A stretch of 64,000 nt of DNA, from the NCBI RefSeq assembly GCF_054482525.1, contig NZ_CM137006.1, one strand, 5' to 3'. Positions 1 to 7,844 of this stretch are shown here, one piece after another. The notes under the pieces were generated by a model that did not search any database, was not told the DNA's origin, and worked only from the letters and a program-made list of their open reading frames with translations. Positions within the stretch are counted from its first letter, which is position 1, and each line of letters starts with the position of its first letter. A program made the translations under genes and the position numbers.

Positions 1-44
1 AACATCTTTGCAATCTTTTTTTGCTTATCTGTTGCGTTTGACAT
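1..44 (-). CDS. orf110 hypothetical protein, 5' 44 nt only (rest lies left of window)
   Basis: Positions 1-44 correspond to 8744-8787 of the complete copy-2 ORF 8455-8787. Confidence 0.4.
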   Translation of the reverse strand, partial: MSNATDKQKKIAKM

Positions 45-67
45 TTTCCCTTTCCCTTCAACTAGAT

Positions 68-364
68 TTAATCATTACATTCAACCGTTGCTACGGTTCC
101 ATAATAAGTAATGTAAAGAAAACTTCCATTATTGAACTGGCCAACAGAGGTCGATACTTTTACCCCGTAAATGACATTTCCTTGTCTACCTGCAGAATTC
201 ACGAACGCATCATAGGCTTCCTGGTGCTCATTTCTCTTGCGCTCCATAAAACCACGAATTAAACCTTTATCAGAAATTTCAATAGGATAGGTCTTCTCAA
301 TAAATCCATGAATCTCTACTACTTTCATATTGGAGGGCAATGTATCAGTGCTTAACACTAACAT
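68..364 (-). CDS. orf98, hypothetical accessory protein (first gene of a minus-strand two-gene cassette)
   Basis: 98-aa ORF with AAGGA Shine-Dalgarno about 8 nt upstream of the ATG; no TM segment or signal peptide apparent; no family recognised by eye. Confidence 0.55.
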   Translation of the reverse strand: MLVLSTDTLPSNMKVVEIHGFIEKTYPIEISDKGLIRGFMERKRNEHQEAYDAFVNSAGRQGNVIYGVKVSTSVGQFNNGSFLYITYYGTVATVECND

Positions 365-471
365 GTTGATTTCCTTTCAATTAAAGAACCTTAATGACAT
401 TACTTAATTATTTCATTTCAATCAACAACATATGGGTTGTTTTTTATCATTCCGACACTATATCTAGGCGA

Positions 472-494
472 GATAACTAAAATGGCTAGTTATC
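472..494. promoter_or_regulatory. Operator-like palindrome GATAACTA-N7-TAGTTATC in the divergent promoter region between orf98 and the 96-aa gene (recurs at +8743 multiples)
   Basis: Perfect 8-bp inverted repeat with 7-bp spacer, flanked by direct CACTATA repeats (456-462, 494-500), about 25 bp upstream of the ATG at 519. Confidence 0.4.
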
Positions 495-518
495 ACTATA
501 CCTCTAAAGGATAAAATA

Positions 519-809
519 ATGGCTGACTTCTACATAACAGCAGTAAAATATGATGAAAATCATGAACATATCGTTAAGGTTAAAACACGGCAACGAGTTG
601 ATGGTAAGGTTAAAGCACCAAGCATCAATTCTCGCCAATTTATCGTCGAATTGATTAATACCGGAAAGGTATCATTTTGGACTGGATTACAGGATAGCGA
701 AGGACGATGGGGAAAAGGGGCTGACGTGACCGTAACCTCTACTGGTTTCCTGACTACATCACCAAATAATACCACTCGGGATAACCTCGGCGAATTGCCT
801 GAATTTTAA
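519..809 (+). CDS. Hypothetical small protein (96 aa), possibly DUF3892-like
   Basis: AAAGG Shine-Dalgarno 8 nt upstream; the DUF3892 assignment rests on a recalled pattern only (N-terminal Y-I-T-x-V, H-x-H-I, C-terminal DNL-x-x-LPE) and needs an HMM search. Confidence 0.5.
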   Translation: MADFYITAVKYDENHEHIVKVKTRQRVDGKVKAPSINSRQFIVELINTGKVSFWTGLQDSEGRWGKGADVTVTSTGFLTTSPNNTTRDNLGELPEF

Positions 810-817
810 CCAAAAAT

Positions 818-850
818 CAAACGTGCAGTGTAGGTAATACTGCACGTTTG
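818..850. terminator. Stem-loop (11-bp stem) between convergent 96-aa gene and HTH gene; likely bidirectional terminator (recurs per copy)
   Basis: CAAACGTGCAG-N11-CTGCACGTTTG; T-run on the minus-strand side (ATTTTTGG). Confidence 0.55.
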
Positions 851-873
851 TCTCATTCCTGAGACTCTACCTT

Positions 874-1320
874 TTACTGTTCATCGCCAGTGATTAATTT
901 TCTGGTTAACATCTTTGCACTGTAGCTATATGAACTTAAAGCAGAAACCTGTCTTGCAAGTGATATGATATCTTGCTTGTCCAATGTCCTGATGTTCCAG
1001 ATAATGAAGTTATGGGCATCAGTGGTTTCTTTGTCAGTGTAACCATCTGCTGAAGTGATCAACTTTCTTTCTGTTGCGTCTTCTTTAACCGCAAGTGCAT
1101 CACCATGAGCCAAGGTGTTTAAATCCGTACCAGTGATTTTTGCGATTTCGATCACATCACTGAACTTAGGTTCTGTTTTAGCAGTCGCTATCCTAACAAG
1201 TGTCCTTACGTTGATGCCGGTTTTGTCTGCGACTTCTTCGTATGTCCCATGCTCCAGGATAGCTTTCCGTATTCTTTCTGCTCGCTTGCTATCAGCCATA
1301 ACATACAACTCTCGATTCAT
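874..1320 (-). CDS. HTH (XRE/Cro-C1-type) transcriptional regulator, candidate prophage repressor
   Basis: 148 aa; helix-turn-helix signature around residues 26-46 (TYEEVADKTGINVRTLVRIA); GGAG Shine-Dalgarno 9 nt upstream; divergent from gII across an operator-rich intergenic region. Confidence 0.7.
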   Translation of the reverse strand: MNRELYVMADSKRAERIRKAILEHGTYEEVADKTGINVRTLVRIATAKTEPKFSDVIEIAKITGTDLNTLAHGDALAVKEDATERKLITSADGYTDKETTDAHNFIIWNIRTLDKQDIISLARQVSALSSYSYSAKMLTRKLITGDEQ

Positions 1321-1364
1321 CTTAGGTGCTCCAGTTTACATCACTCTTTTTAGATGCTTTTTTT

Positions 1365-1442
1365 CATGGACAAATATGTCCTTAAAAACAAGACATCGTA
1401 TTGACAACAGATCTCAACATGCTTAGCATTTATTTGTCCATG
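1365..1442. promoter_or_regulatory. Candidate operator pair in the HTH-gII divergent intergenic region (recurs per copy)
   Basis: 12-mer TATTTGTCCATG at 1431-1442 with its reverse complement at 1365-1377; embedded palindrome GGACA-N4-TGTCC at 1368-1381; a degenerate third copy near 1455-1472. Confidence 0.45.
1401..1429 (+). promoter_or_regulatory. Candidate sigma70 promoter for gII (TTGACA-17 bp-TAGCAT)
   Basis: Consensus -35 hexamer at 1401-1406, 17-bp spacer, -10-like TAGCAT at 1424-1429; operator 12-mer lies at the predicted start region. Confidence 0.35.
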
Positions 1443-1526
1443 ACTGAAAGACACATTTGTCTATTGACATGGTAAATACAGGTAAAAGTCATTTTGATTC
1501 ATGTTTACTTGACTGCTGAGACACTT

Positions 1527-2579
1527 ATGATCGACTGGTTTACCGGAATCCTGCCTTGCACACACCGACCGTTACCGGCCGGTAGCGTCGTCAGCGTTGA
1601 TGCTGATGGTGCGGTGGAGTGGGAAACAGTAAAACGGTTGACCGTTCGCGGTTCGTATGAATCAACGATGAAAGTAAGATCTGTTGGATCTGATGGCGAA
1701 GGTCGGGCAACACATCTTTATATTGATGGGAATCCTTCAAAATTCCTTCAGGGACATTCTGTTATTGGTTCTGATGATTTGCAGGGACTGGTATTAACCG
1801 TATACGCAAGAATACTGGCATTACTTCATATTCCTCATGATCTCCCGTCATATCGTCAGGTAATGTCTGGTCAGTATAAGATTTCCCGTATTGATATTAA
1901 TTATATGTATTCATTGTCAACACTGGAAAATGTCCGTGCATGGTTATATGCCGCAGAATTTAAAGCGAAAACTCGCCATGGTCGCGCCTGTGGTAAAGGT
2001 GGCACTGTTTACTTAGGGAAAAACTCCCGTCGTTGGAGCCTGAAATTTTATTCAAAATATGATGAGCATATATCTGGCAAAAAAGGGCACCAGATGGCAG
2101 ACGAATTCGTTAAAGCAGGTTTACTGGACTGGTCAAAAGATAAATTACGCATTGAATTAACATTAAGAACAACTGAATTAATTGATTTGAATCTTACGCT
2201 TGGTAATAGCTGGAATATTCAGACGCCCAATAAATTATTCTCTGACTATGTAGGGAGAATAGAAATGAATCAAAATACTATATTAACTGATGAAAAAATA
2301 ATTAATCTCCCAAGAAAAATACAGTCTACATATTTATTGTGGAAGCAGGGCGCGAACATGAAAGAGATGTTACCGAAACCTACATTCTACCGACACCGTA
2401 AAGAATTACTTTCTTTCGGAATAGATATTAACTTTTATTGTGAGTCACCGGATTCTAATAACGTTGTTCCGTTGGTTCGTATTCTTGAAGCCAAACCGGC
2501 CAAAATTCCATCATGGTTTTATGAGAAAGGTTTAATTTTCGATCATAACCGTATTTCACATGCCAGTAACTGGTATTAA
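1527..2579 (+). CDS. gII: Rolling-circle replication initiator, gene II protein homologue
   Basis: N-terminus MIDWF and C-terminal block NNVVPLVR align with M13 gIIp as recalled; alternative in-frame ATG at 1494 (ORF-track start). Confidence 0.85.
   Translation: MIDWFTGILPCTHRPLPAGSVVSVDADGAVEWETVKRLTVRGSYESTMKVRSVGSDGEGRATHLYIDGNPSKFLQGHSVIGSDDLQGLVLTVYARILALLHIPHDLPSYRQVMSGQYKISRIDINYMYSLSTLENVRAWLYAAEFKAKTRHGRACGKGGTVYLGKNSRRWSLKFYSKYDEHISGKKGHQMADEFVKAGLLDWSKDKLRIELTLRTTELIDLNLTLGNSWNIQTPNKLFSDYVGRIEMNQNTILTDEKIINLPRKIQSTYLLWKQGANMKEMLPKPTFYRHRKELLSFGIDINFYCESPDSNNVVPLVRILEAKPAKIPSWFYEKGLIFDHNRISHASNWY
2265..2579 (+). CDS. gX: Gene X-like protein, in-frame internal restart within gII
   Basis: Internal ATG preceded by GGGAG (9 nt); MNQNT start aligns with the M13 gX start (EGDSMNIYDD versus GRIEMNQNT). 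Confidence 0.55.
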   Translation: MNQNTILTDEKIINLPRKIQSTYLLWKQGANMKEMLPKPTFYRHRKELLSFGIDINFYCESPDSNNVVPLVRILEAKPAKIPSWFYEKGLIFDHNRISHASNWY

Positions 2580-2590
2580 AGGAGAGTGAT

Positions 2591-2908
2591 ATGTCTAATT
2601 ATGGTCTTTTTGTAAAAGGTAAAATGCTTGGTGCTCGCCAGCGTAATAAGGTCAATGGTCAGGGATACTATAATGAAATTGGTATTGGCTTAGAGATCCC
2701 TGATGGTTTTGGCGGCACTAAGCAAGACCAGATTATTATTCGTGTTTCTCAGGCTCTTGTTAATGCCGGTGTAATGAATCAGGCAAATAATCTTATCGGT
2801 AAGTTAGTCCAGATACCTGTATATGTTCGTGTCTGGTCAATGGAAGGTAGAGAAGGAGTAACTTATAATATTTCATCTGACGGTGGAATCACTGAAATAA
2901 AAGGTTAA
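2591..2908 (+). CDS. gV: Putative ssDNA-binding protein, gene V analogue
   Basis: 105-aa ORF immediately after gII with AAGGAGAG Shine-Dalgarno; Ff-like position; only weak motif resemblance to M13 gVp. Confidence 0.55.
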   Translation: MSNYGLFVKGKMLGARQRNKVNGQGYYNEIGIGLEIPDGFGGTKQDQIIIRVSQALVNAGVMNQANNLIGKLVQIPVYVRVWSMEGREGVTYNISSDGGITEIKG

Positions 2909-2910
2909 AT

Positions 2911-2997
2911 ATGGCTGATGTTATACAAATATTAATAGCGTCAGGCATTGTTATCTCTTTTGGCCTCGGCGCAATTACTGCGGGGGTTTTTCGTTAA
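2911..2997 (+). CDS. gVII: Minor coat protein, gene VII analogue (28 aa)
   Basis: MADVIQILIASGIVISFGLGAITAGVFR; hydrophobic; C-terminal half resembles M13 gVIIp; too short for the ORF track. Confidence 0.5.
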   Translation: MADVIQILIASGIVISFGLGAITAGVFR

Positions 2998-3092
2998 TGT
3001 ATATAGCTTATTTCTTCGGGGCTTATACCTTTGGTTTTGCCCTTTTCTACGCGGTCGGTTCATTTAAATCATTTTCTGACCGATTAATGTAA
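2997..3092 (+). CDS. gIX: Minor coat protein, gene IX analogue (31 aa)
   Basis: MYIAYFFGAYTFGFALFYAVGSFKSFSDRLM; start overlaps the gVII stop by 1 nt (TAATG), as is typical for Ff VII/IX coupling. Confidence 0.45.
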   Translation: MYIAYFFGAYTFGFALFYAVGSFKSFSDRLM

Positions 3093-3116
3093 TGTAACTT
3101 TAATGGAGTTATTTAT

Positions 3117-3359
3117 ATGAAAGTTTTGTCTTTTGTTAAATCTAAAATTGCAGTAGCTTCAACAGCGCTTTTTGTTTCTGCGAGTTCTTTTGCGGCAGCT
3201 GAGTCTACAGGCGGGACTGATTATGCAGGTCAGGCAATGGATGCATTACTGACTCAGGCAAATGATCTTATTGGTAAAGTATGGCCTGTCGTTGTTGCTG
3301 TGGTTGGTGCTGGCCTTGCCATTCGTATTTTTAAAAAATTCGCTTCTAAAGCAGTTTAA
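3117..3359 (+). CDS. gVIII: Major coat protein precursor
   Basis: 80 aa; signal peptide ending SFAAAE, acidic N-terminus, hydrophobic core, basic C-terminus [12 protein letters not shown] (inovirus major-coat signature); GGAG Shine-Dalgarno. Confidence 0.85.
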   Translation: MKVLSFVKSKIAVASTALFVSASSFAAAESTGGTDYAGQAMDALLTQANDLIGKVWPVVVAVVGAGLAIRIFKKFASKAV

Positions 3360-3369
3360 AATTCACTCA

Positions 3370-3392
3370 GGGGCATTTGTTGCCCCTTTATT
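3370..3392 (+). terminator. Rho-independent terminator after the major coat gene (recurs per copy)
   Basis: GGGGCA-tttgt-TGCCCC followed by TTTATT; same position as the strong terminator after gVIII in Ff phages. Confidence 0.65.
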
Positions 3393-3405
3393 AAATTGGG
3401 TTATT

Positions 3406-4650
3406 ATGAAAAGGAAAATATTAATTACTTTCTCTATTTTTATTTCTTCTTTTTCATATGCTGATTCATGGGAAAGCATTACTAAATCTACTTTTCAAAG
3501 CTCTGCATATGCTGAAAGTAAGCAAATAACCAACCAAGATGGTACTAAACAAACTGTTTATTATATTGATGCAACCATGCAGGCTTCTTCCTGTCAGGGA
3601 GCTAAAGACAGTGCTCAGGTTGTTTTTAATCAGGTTAAACCAACTTATGAGGGAATGTGGCCTAACTCTGAATTCCGTCTTGTATTTTCTGACGCTTGTA
3701 CTTACAGCGACTCTCCAGGCCAGAAAGATAAATACTGGACTTTAACTGCTTATATTATAGGTGATATTCAACGATCTATTCCTGATGAAAAACCTTCCGA
3801 GCCTACGCCTGAAGAGATTTGTGAAGCTAAACCCCCCGAAGAAGGTGTATTCAATAATGTCTATTCTTATGACGGTGATCGTTATATTTATTATAACGGT
3901 TGTGAATATGAGGCCACTGGCGTCATTGTTTGCCAGAGTGATAGCACTGTTTGTGCTGCGACATGGAAGCCTACCGGAACTGTAGCCGCACCTTCAGATA
4001 AGCCTTCTTCTCCTGTTGGCGATGGCGGTGATACTGGAGGCGGGGATACGGGTGATGGTGATACCGGTGGAGGTGATACAGGCGGTGGTAACCCAAGTGG
4101 CAGTTCTGGCGGTGGTAATGGCTCAAGTATCACCAAAGGAGATATTCAGTCAGCTATCGAAGGTGCTTCACCTAAAATTGCCAGTGAGATTCATGATAAG
4201 TTAACAGAAAAAGATACCTCATCTGATGATAAAAAGTCGGCTGATGAACAGACTAAAAATAATATAAATCGTCTTGTTGACTCTATAAATAACCTTACTC
4301 GCGGAGCCGGACGTTTTGCTGATCCTTCTGGCGGCGATTCCCGTTATGGGGAGGGGGGGTCTGAATTAGATAGCGCTTCCACTTTAGCTGAATCTGAATT
4401 AGGAATTGCAAAGGATTCTCATGGTGCGTTATGGGAGGCTTTCTTAAATAAAGGTGCTATGTTGCCCAATTTACCTAATGGTAATGGTTGTTCTGATTTT
4501 ATTATTTTCCCCGGAGAGGTTTATCAGATCGATATTGGCTGCGATAAATTACTGACTATTAAAAATGCTCTTTCATGGGTTTTTTATTGCCTTACGTTCT
4601 GGTATGTATTTACTTCTTTAACTTCATTGCTTCGTAAAGGTGGTGAGTGA
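3406..4650 (+). CDS. gIII: Minor coat / adsorption protein pIII
   Basis: Signal peptide [19 protein letters not shown], Cys-containing N-terminal domains, Gly/Asp-rich linker repeats, C-terminal membrane anchor; ORF-track ORF 3262-4650 trimmed to the first in-frame ATG after the gVIII terminator. Confidence 0.8.
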   Translation: MKRKILITFSIFISSFSYADSWESITKSTFQSSAYAESKQITNQDGTKQTVYYIDATMQASSCQGAKDSAQVVFNQVKPTYEGMWPNSEFRLVFSDACTYSDSPGQKDKYWTLTAYIIGDIQRSIPDEKPSEPTPEEICEAKPPEEGVFNNVYSYDGDRYIYYNGCEYEATGVIVCQSDSTVCAATWKPTGTVAAPSDKPSSPVGDGGDTGGGDTGDGDTGGGDTGGGNPSGSSGGGNGSSITKGDIQSAIEGASPKIASEIHDKLTEKDTSSDDKKSADEQTKNNINRLVDSINNLTRGAGRFADPSGGDSRYGEGGSELDSASTLAESELGIAKDSHGALWEAFLNKGAMLPNLPNGNGCSDFIIFPGEVYQIDIGCDKLLTIKNALSWVFYCLTFWYVFTSLTSLLRKGGE

Positions 4651-4991
4651 TGCCTTTATTATTAGGTATTCCTGCATTGTTGCGTTTTCTTATTGGTCTT
4701 GTTCCTTTACTTATTGGCTATGCGGCAAGTTTTTTAGCTCGGCTTGCAACCAAAACAGGTTTAATAGCGGTTGCATTGGTTGCGCTAATTACAACAACTG
4801 TTACGCTTTTAATGCAGTACCTTGCTGAGGTCATGTATATCGGGTTACCCGCTGATTTTTCACATCTAATGGCGTCTGTACTGCCTGACCATTTTCAGGC
4901 GTGTGTTAACGTTATTATGGTTACTCGTATCAGTGTTTTTGTTTTCGATTTAAAACAAAAATTTCTTGATTATGCAAACAGGGTGATTTAA
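4647..4991 (+). CDS. gVI: Minor coat protein pVI
   Basis: 114 aa, hydrophobic; [15 protein letters not shown] aligns with M13 pVI MPVLLGIPLLLRFL. Confidence 0.8.
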   Translation: MMPLLLGIPALLRFLIGLVPLLIGYAASFLARLATKTGLIAVALVALITTTVTLLMQYLAEVMYIGLPADFSHLMASVLPDHFQACVNVIMVTRISVFVFDLKQKFLDYANRVI

Positions 4992-6086
4992 ATGGCGGTT
5001 CATGTAGTAACAGGCAAATTAGGCTCAGGCAAGACACTGGTTAGTGTTTCCAGAATACAGGAAAGACTGGCTAAGGGTTGTCCTGTTGCCACTAATCTTG
5101 ATCTTAAATTGCATAATATGCCTATGGTTGGGCGTTATGCTAAAAAAACGCGCGTTATTCGTGTTCCTGATAAGCCTTCATTAAATGATTTACTGGCTAT
5201 TGGTATTGGAAATACATCTTACGATGAATCCCGCAATGGCCTTTTAGTGCTTGATGAATGTGGTACTTGGTTTAATTCCCGTTCATGGGGTGATAAAGAC
5301 AGACAACCTGTTATTGACTGGTTTTTACATGCCCGTAAATTAGGTTGGGATATTATTTTTTTGATTCAGGATATTTCGATAATGGATAAGCAAGCTCGTC
5401 TGGCACTTGCTGAACATGTTGTTTATTGTCGCCGTTCAGATAAATTAAACATTCCTTTTATTGGCTCTATTATAAATTTAGTTTCAGGAGCGCGATTTTC
5501 TTTACCAAAGGTACACTTTGGTATTGTTAAATATGGTGATAACGTTAATTCAATTACTGTTGATAAATGGATATACACCGGAAAATCATTATATTCCGCC
5601 TACAATACAAAACAGGTTTTTACTGATAACTATCCGCATGGTGCTTATTCTCTTTTACCGCCATTTATTACACATGGCCAGTTTTCTGTTCACAAAGGAC
5701 TTAATTATTATATGCGCCTCACGAAAATTTATTTCCGAAAATCAAACCGATTAATATTAATGCTTTCATTTTTTGCCTTTGGGCTTGGGCTTGGCTTCTG
5801 GCTACAATCTGGTAAGAATGCCGATGAAATTTCGGCTATTAAATCAGTTCATGCTGAACAGGTGAGGGCGGTAACACCTGACAGTACCAGCGATTTACCG
5901 AGACTTTCTATTGATTCTTTCTCTCAGCTTGGTTTTGATGTTTCTGTTACGTTTGTTGACGCTAAGGGTATGAAGTACCAGTATTTTGATTTAATTAAAG
6001 ATGGTTATTCCGTTGATATTAAAGATGCCTGCCGAATTGTTATCAGAAAAGGCCATTATTTACAAAGCGTCACCTGTCAGGAGTAA
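4992..6086 (+). CDS. gI: Assembly ATPase pI (Zot-like)
   Basis: 364 aa; Walker A GKLGSGKT; extensive similarity to M13 pI along the length as recalled. Confidence 0.9.
   Translation: MAVHVVTGKLGSGKTLVSVSRIQERLAKGCPVATNLDLKLHNMPMVGRYAKKTRVIRVPDKPSLNDLLAIGIGNTSYDESRNGLLVLDECGTWFNSRSWGDKDRQPVIDWFLHARKLGWDIIFLIQDISIMDKQARLALAEHVVYCRRSDKLNIPFIGSIINLVSGARFSLPKVHFGIVKYGDNVNSITVDKWIYTGKSLYSAYNTKQVFTDNYPHGAYSLLPPFITHGQFSVHKGLNYYMRLTKIYFRKSNRLILMLSFFAFGLGLGFWLQSGKNADEISAIKSVHAEQVRAVTPDSTSDLPRLSIDSFSQLGFDVSVTFVDAKGMKYQYFDLIKDGYSVDIKDACRIVIRKGHYLQSVTCQE
5712..6086 (+). CDS. gXI: pXI-like protein, in-frame internal restart within gI
   Basis: Internal Met at codon 241 (MRLTKIYFRK), the same codon position as M13 pXI (MKLTKIYLKK). 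Confidence 0.5.
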   Translation: MRLTKIYFRKSNRLILMLSFFAFGLGLGFWLQSGKNADEISAIKSVHAEQVRAVTPDSTSDLPRLSIDSFSQLGFDVSVTFVDAKGMKYQYFDLIKDGYSVDIKDACRIVIRKGHYLQSVTCQE

Positions 6087-6093
6087 TATTACT

Positions 6094-7359
6094 ATGCGTT
6101 TATTTTGCATTGCCATCTTATTCATTTATTCTTTTTGTGTTTCTGCTGAAACTGTTAATCTTAATAATTCATCCGTTCGTTCATTTGTCCAGTGGTATTC
6201 ATCAAAAACTGGTAAGCCTGTTATTGTTAACCCCGATGTTAAAGGCTCCGTAACAGTATTTAATGCTGATGTTAATCCCACAAATATTGATGACTTTTTC
6301 AAATCTGTTCTGAATGCTAATGGATTTGTCATGCTTTCTGGTAATCCTGCGGTAGTATCTTTGCCGTCAAAATTACCGTCACAGATGGCATCAGACCCTG
6401 ATGATTCCGATAATCAGTCTTATGACTCTTTTCCGCCAGAGCCATCCTGTCAGCCAGCGCCTGTGGCGCTCACTGTCAGAAATTTTAAGCTGACAAAAGT
6501 ACGAGCGTCTGATGTTCAGCAACTGGTTAAAATTTATCTGGATTCGAATGGCGGGGGTAATGTCGTGGATTATCCCGGCAATAACTCCCTGATTGTATCT
6601 GCGCCTGACGAGCTACTGCCTGTTCTGTCCAATTTCATTAACTCAGTTGATGTTGCCCGTGATCAGGTACTCATTCAATCGCTCATGTTTGAAACCAGTT
6701 TGTCTGATGGTGTTGATTTGTCATTTGCAGCTGGCTCTGCATCCGGCCATAAGGTGGCGGGGGGTTTTAATACTTCTGCGCTGGGTAATGCTCTTTCTAC
6801 GGTGGGCGGCTCTTTTGGTATTTTTGATGGTAACGTGTTGGCGCTGTCTCTGCGTGCTGTCCAGAGTAATTCACGCTCTAAGGTGATTTCAACACCGCGC
6901 ATTCTTACTCAGTCCGGTCAGACTGGTTATATTTCCGTAGGTAAGAATGTGCCGTTTATCACAGGAAAGGTAACGGGTGAATCTGCTGGGGTAAATAATC
7001 CGTTTCAGACTATCGAACGTCATGATGTTGGCGTTTCTCTCAAGGTAACGCCTGTTGTCATGGGGAACGGGCAATTAGTTTTGACCATCGATACCCGCGC
7101 CGATTCAATCAGCAATGATGACCAAGCATCTGATATTATTACTAATCAGCGCCAGATTCAGACCACTGTTCAGATTAAGGATGGCCAGACTCTCTTACTT
7201 GGTGGGTTGATTGATTCATCATCCAGCAATGCTGACCGTTCTGTACCATTTATCAGCAAAATTCCGGTAATTGGCTGGCTTTTCAGGAGTAAAGCTGACA
7301 GTAATGAGCAACGCATTATGTATGTCCTGCTGACTGCTCATATTATTCGTGCGCTTTGA
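6094..7359 (+). CDS. gIV: Secretin pIV (outer-membrane export channel)
   Basis: 421 aa from the ATG with AGGAG Shine-Dalgarno; signal peptide MRLFCIAILFIYSFCVSA; secretin motifs conserved with M13 pIV (e.g. GQNVPFITG-like, VPFISKIPVIG). Confidence 0.9.
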   Translation: MRLFCIAILFIYSFCVSAETVNLNNSSVRSFVQWYSSKTGKPVIVNPDVKGSVTVFNADVNPTNIDDFFKSVLNANGFVMLSGNPAVVSLPSKLPSQMASDPDDSDNQSYDSFPPEPSCQPAPVALTVRNFKLTKVRASDVQQLVKIYLDSNGGGNVVDYPGNNSLIVSAPDELLPVLSNFINSVDVARDQVLIQSLMFETSLSDGVDLSFAAGSASGHKVAGGFNTSALGNALSTVGGSFGIFDGNVLALSLRAVQSNSRSKVISTPRILTQSGQTGYISVGKNVPFITGKVTGESAGVNNPFQTIERHDVGVSLKVTPVVMGNGQLVLTIDTRADSISNDDQASDIITNQRQIQTTVQIKDGQTLLLGGLIDSSSSNADRSVPFISKIPVIGWLFRSKADSNEQRIMYVLLTAHIIRAL

Positions 7360-7402
7360 TGGGGCCGTGGCGGGTGCGTTAAGCCCCGGTATGGCCCCAT
7401 CA
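7357..7402 (+). terminator. Compound hairpin immediately after the secretin gene stop (recurs per copy)
   Basis: TGATGGGGCC ... GGCCCCATCA 10-bp inverted repeat enclosing a GC-rich inner region; start of the phage intergenic region. Confidence 0.4.
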
Positions 7403-7799
7403 AGAGCCAGATTTTACGTCTCACCACGGAGCCTCTATATGGCCTTAAAACTGACAGGATATGAACAGAAAAACATCTTCTAGGTGATTCAATTACTTAG
7501 AGGTTTTTATGTCTGTAAAAAGTAGGGGCGCGATCGACTTCCTGGTGGTCGCCTGAAGTCTTACCGTCGTGTTGGTTCACATTTTACCAGTTGTTCCAAG
7601 TGGTTTGATAAATCACCGTCCTGGTATCGCAATATGATGATGACCCGGCCAGAGCGCCGTGAAGTCAGAAAGCTTCTCAATCAGGTTGTACGTGGCCGTG
7701 ACGCTGACGGCATCGCATTTCCGGTCAGCAACAAGCCATTTGCATGGCGGTGGTGAACATTTTTAGCCGCTAAAACTTCATGCTGACGGAATTATCGAA

Positions 7800-7844
7800 A
7801 ACCCCGTACAGCAACAAAACTTGTTTTTGTTGCTGTACGGGGTT
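7800..7844. other. Perfect 20-bp-stem hairpin (5-nt loop) in the intergenic region: candidate packaging signal and/or minus-strand terminator for orf81 (recurs per copy)
   Basis: AAACCCCGTACAGCAACAAAA-cttgt-TTTTGTTGCTGTACGGGGTT; TTTTC follows on the minus strand. Confidence 0.5.

Noticed and set aside
8-262. 84-aa plus-strand ORF (and its repeats at 8751, 17494, 26237)
   Set aside because: Lies antisense within orf98/orf110, which have better start contexts and a terminator; no Shine-Dalgarno; treated as a shadow ORF.
560-775. 71-aa minus-strand ORF inside the 96-aa gene (and repeats)
   Set aside because: Antisense overlap with a gene that has a clear Shine-Dalgarno and terminator; no independent support.
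1115-1426. 103-aa plus-strand ORF overlapping the HTH regulator gene (and repeats)
   Set aside because: Antisense to the HTH gene and running through the operator region; hydrophobic low-complexity translation; likely spurious.
1321-1526. Search for a LexA (SOS) box in the repressor-gII intergenic region
   Set aside because: No CTGT-N8-ACAG-type motif found by eye; SOS control is therefore not claimed.
3262-3405. N-terminal extension of the ORF-track gIII ORF overlapping gVIII
   Set aside because: Extension reads through the gVIII 3' end and terminator in another frame; the true start is taken as ATG 3406 just before a classical signal peptide.
3891-4136. Proline-rich 81-aa minus-strand ORF (and 4016-4204 plus-strand ORF) within gIII
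   Set aside because: Mirror-image artefact of the Gly-rich repeat region (GGN codons read as CCN on the other strand).
5518-5754. 78-aa ORF in an alternative frame within gI; likewise 6593-6886, 6675-6902 and 6889-7074 within gIV
   Set aside because: Fully embedded in well-supported genes; no start signals; treated as chance ORFs.
7500-7753. Two short ORFs in the phage intergenic region (15 aa at 7500-7547 and about 40 aa from ATGATGATG at 7634-7753)
   Set aside because: Below reliable size, no recognisable family, and located where an origin/packaging signal is expected. Not excluded as small peptides; they would need ribosome profiling or proteomics.
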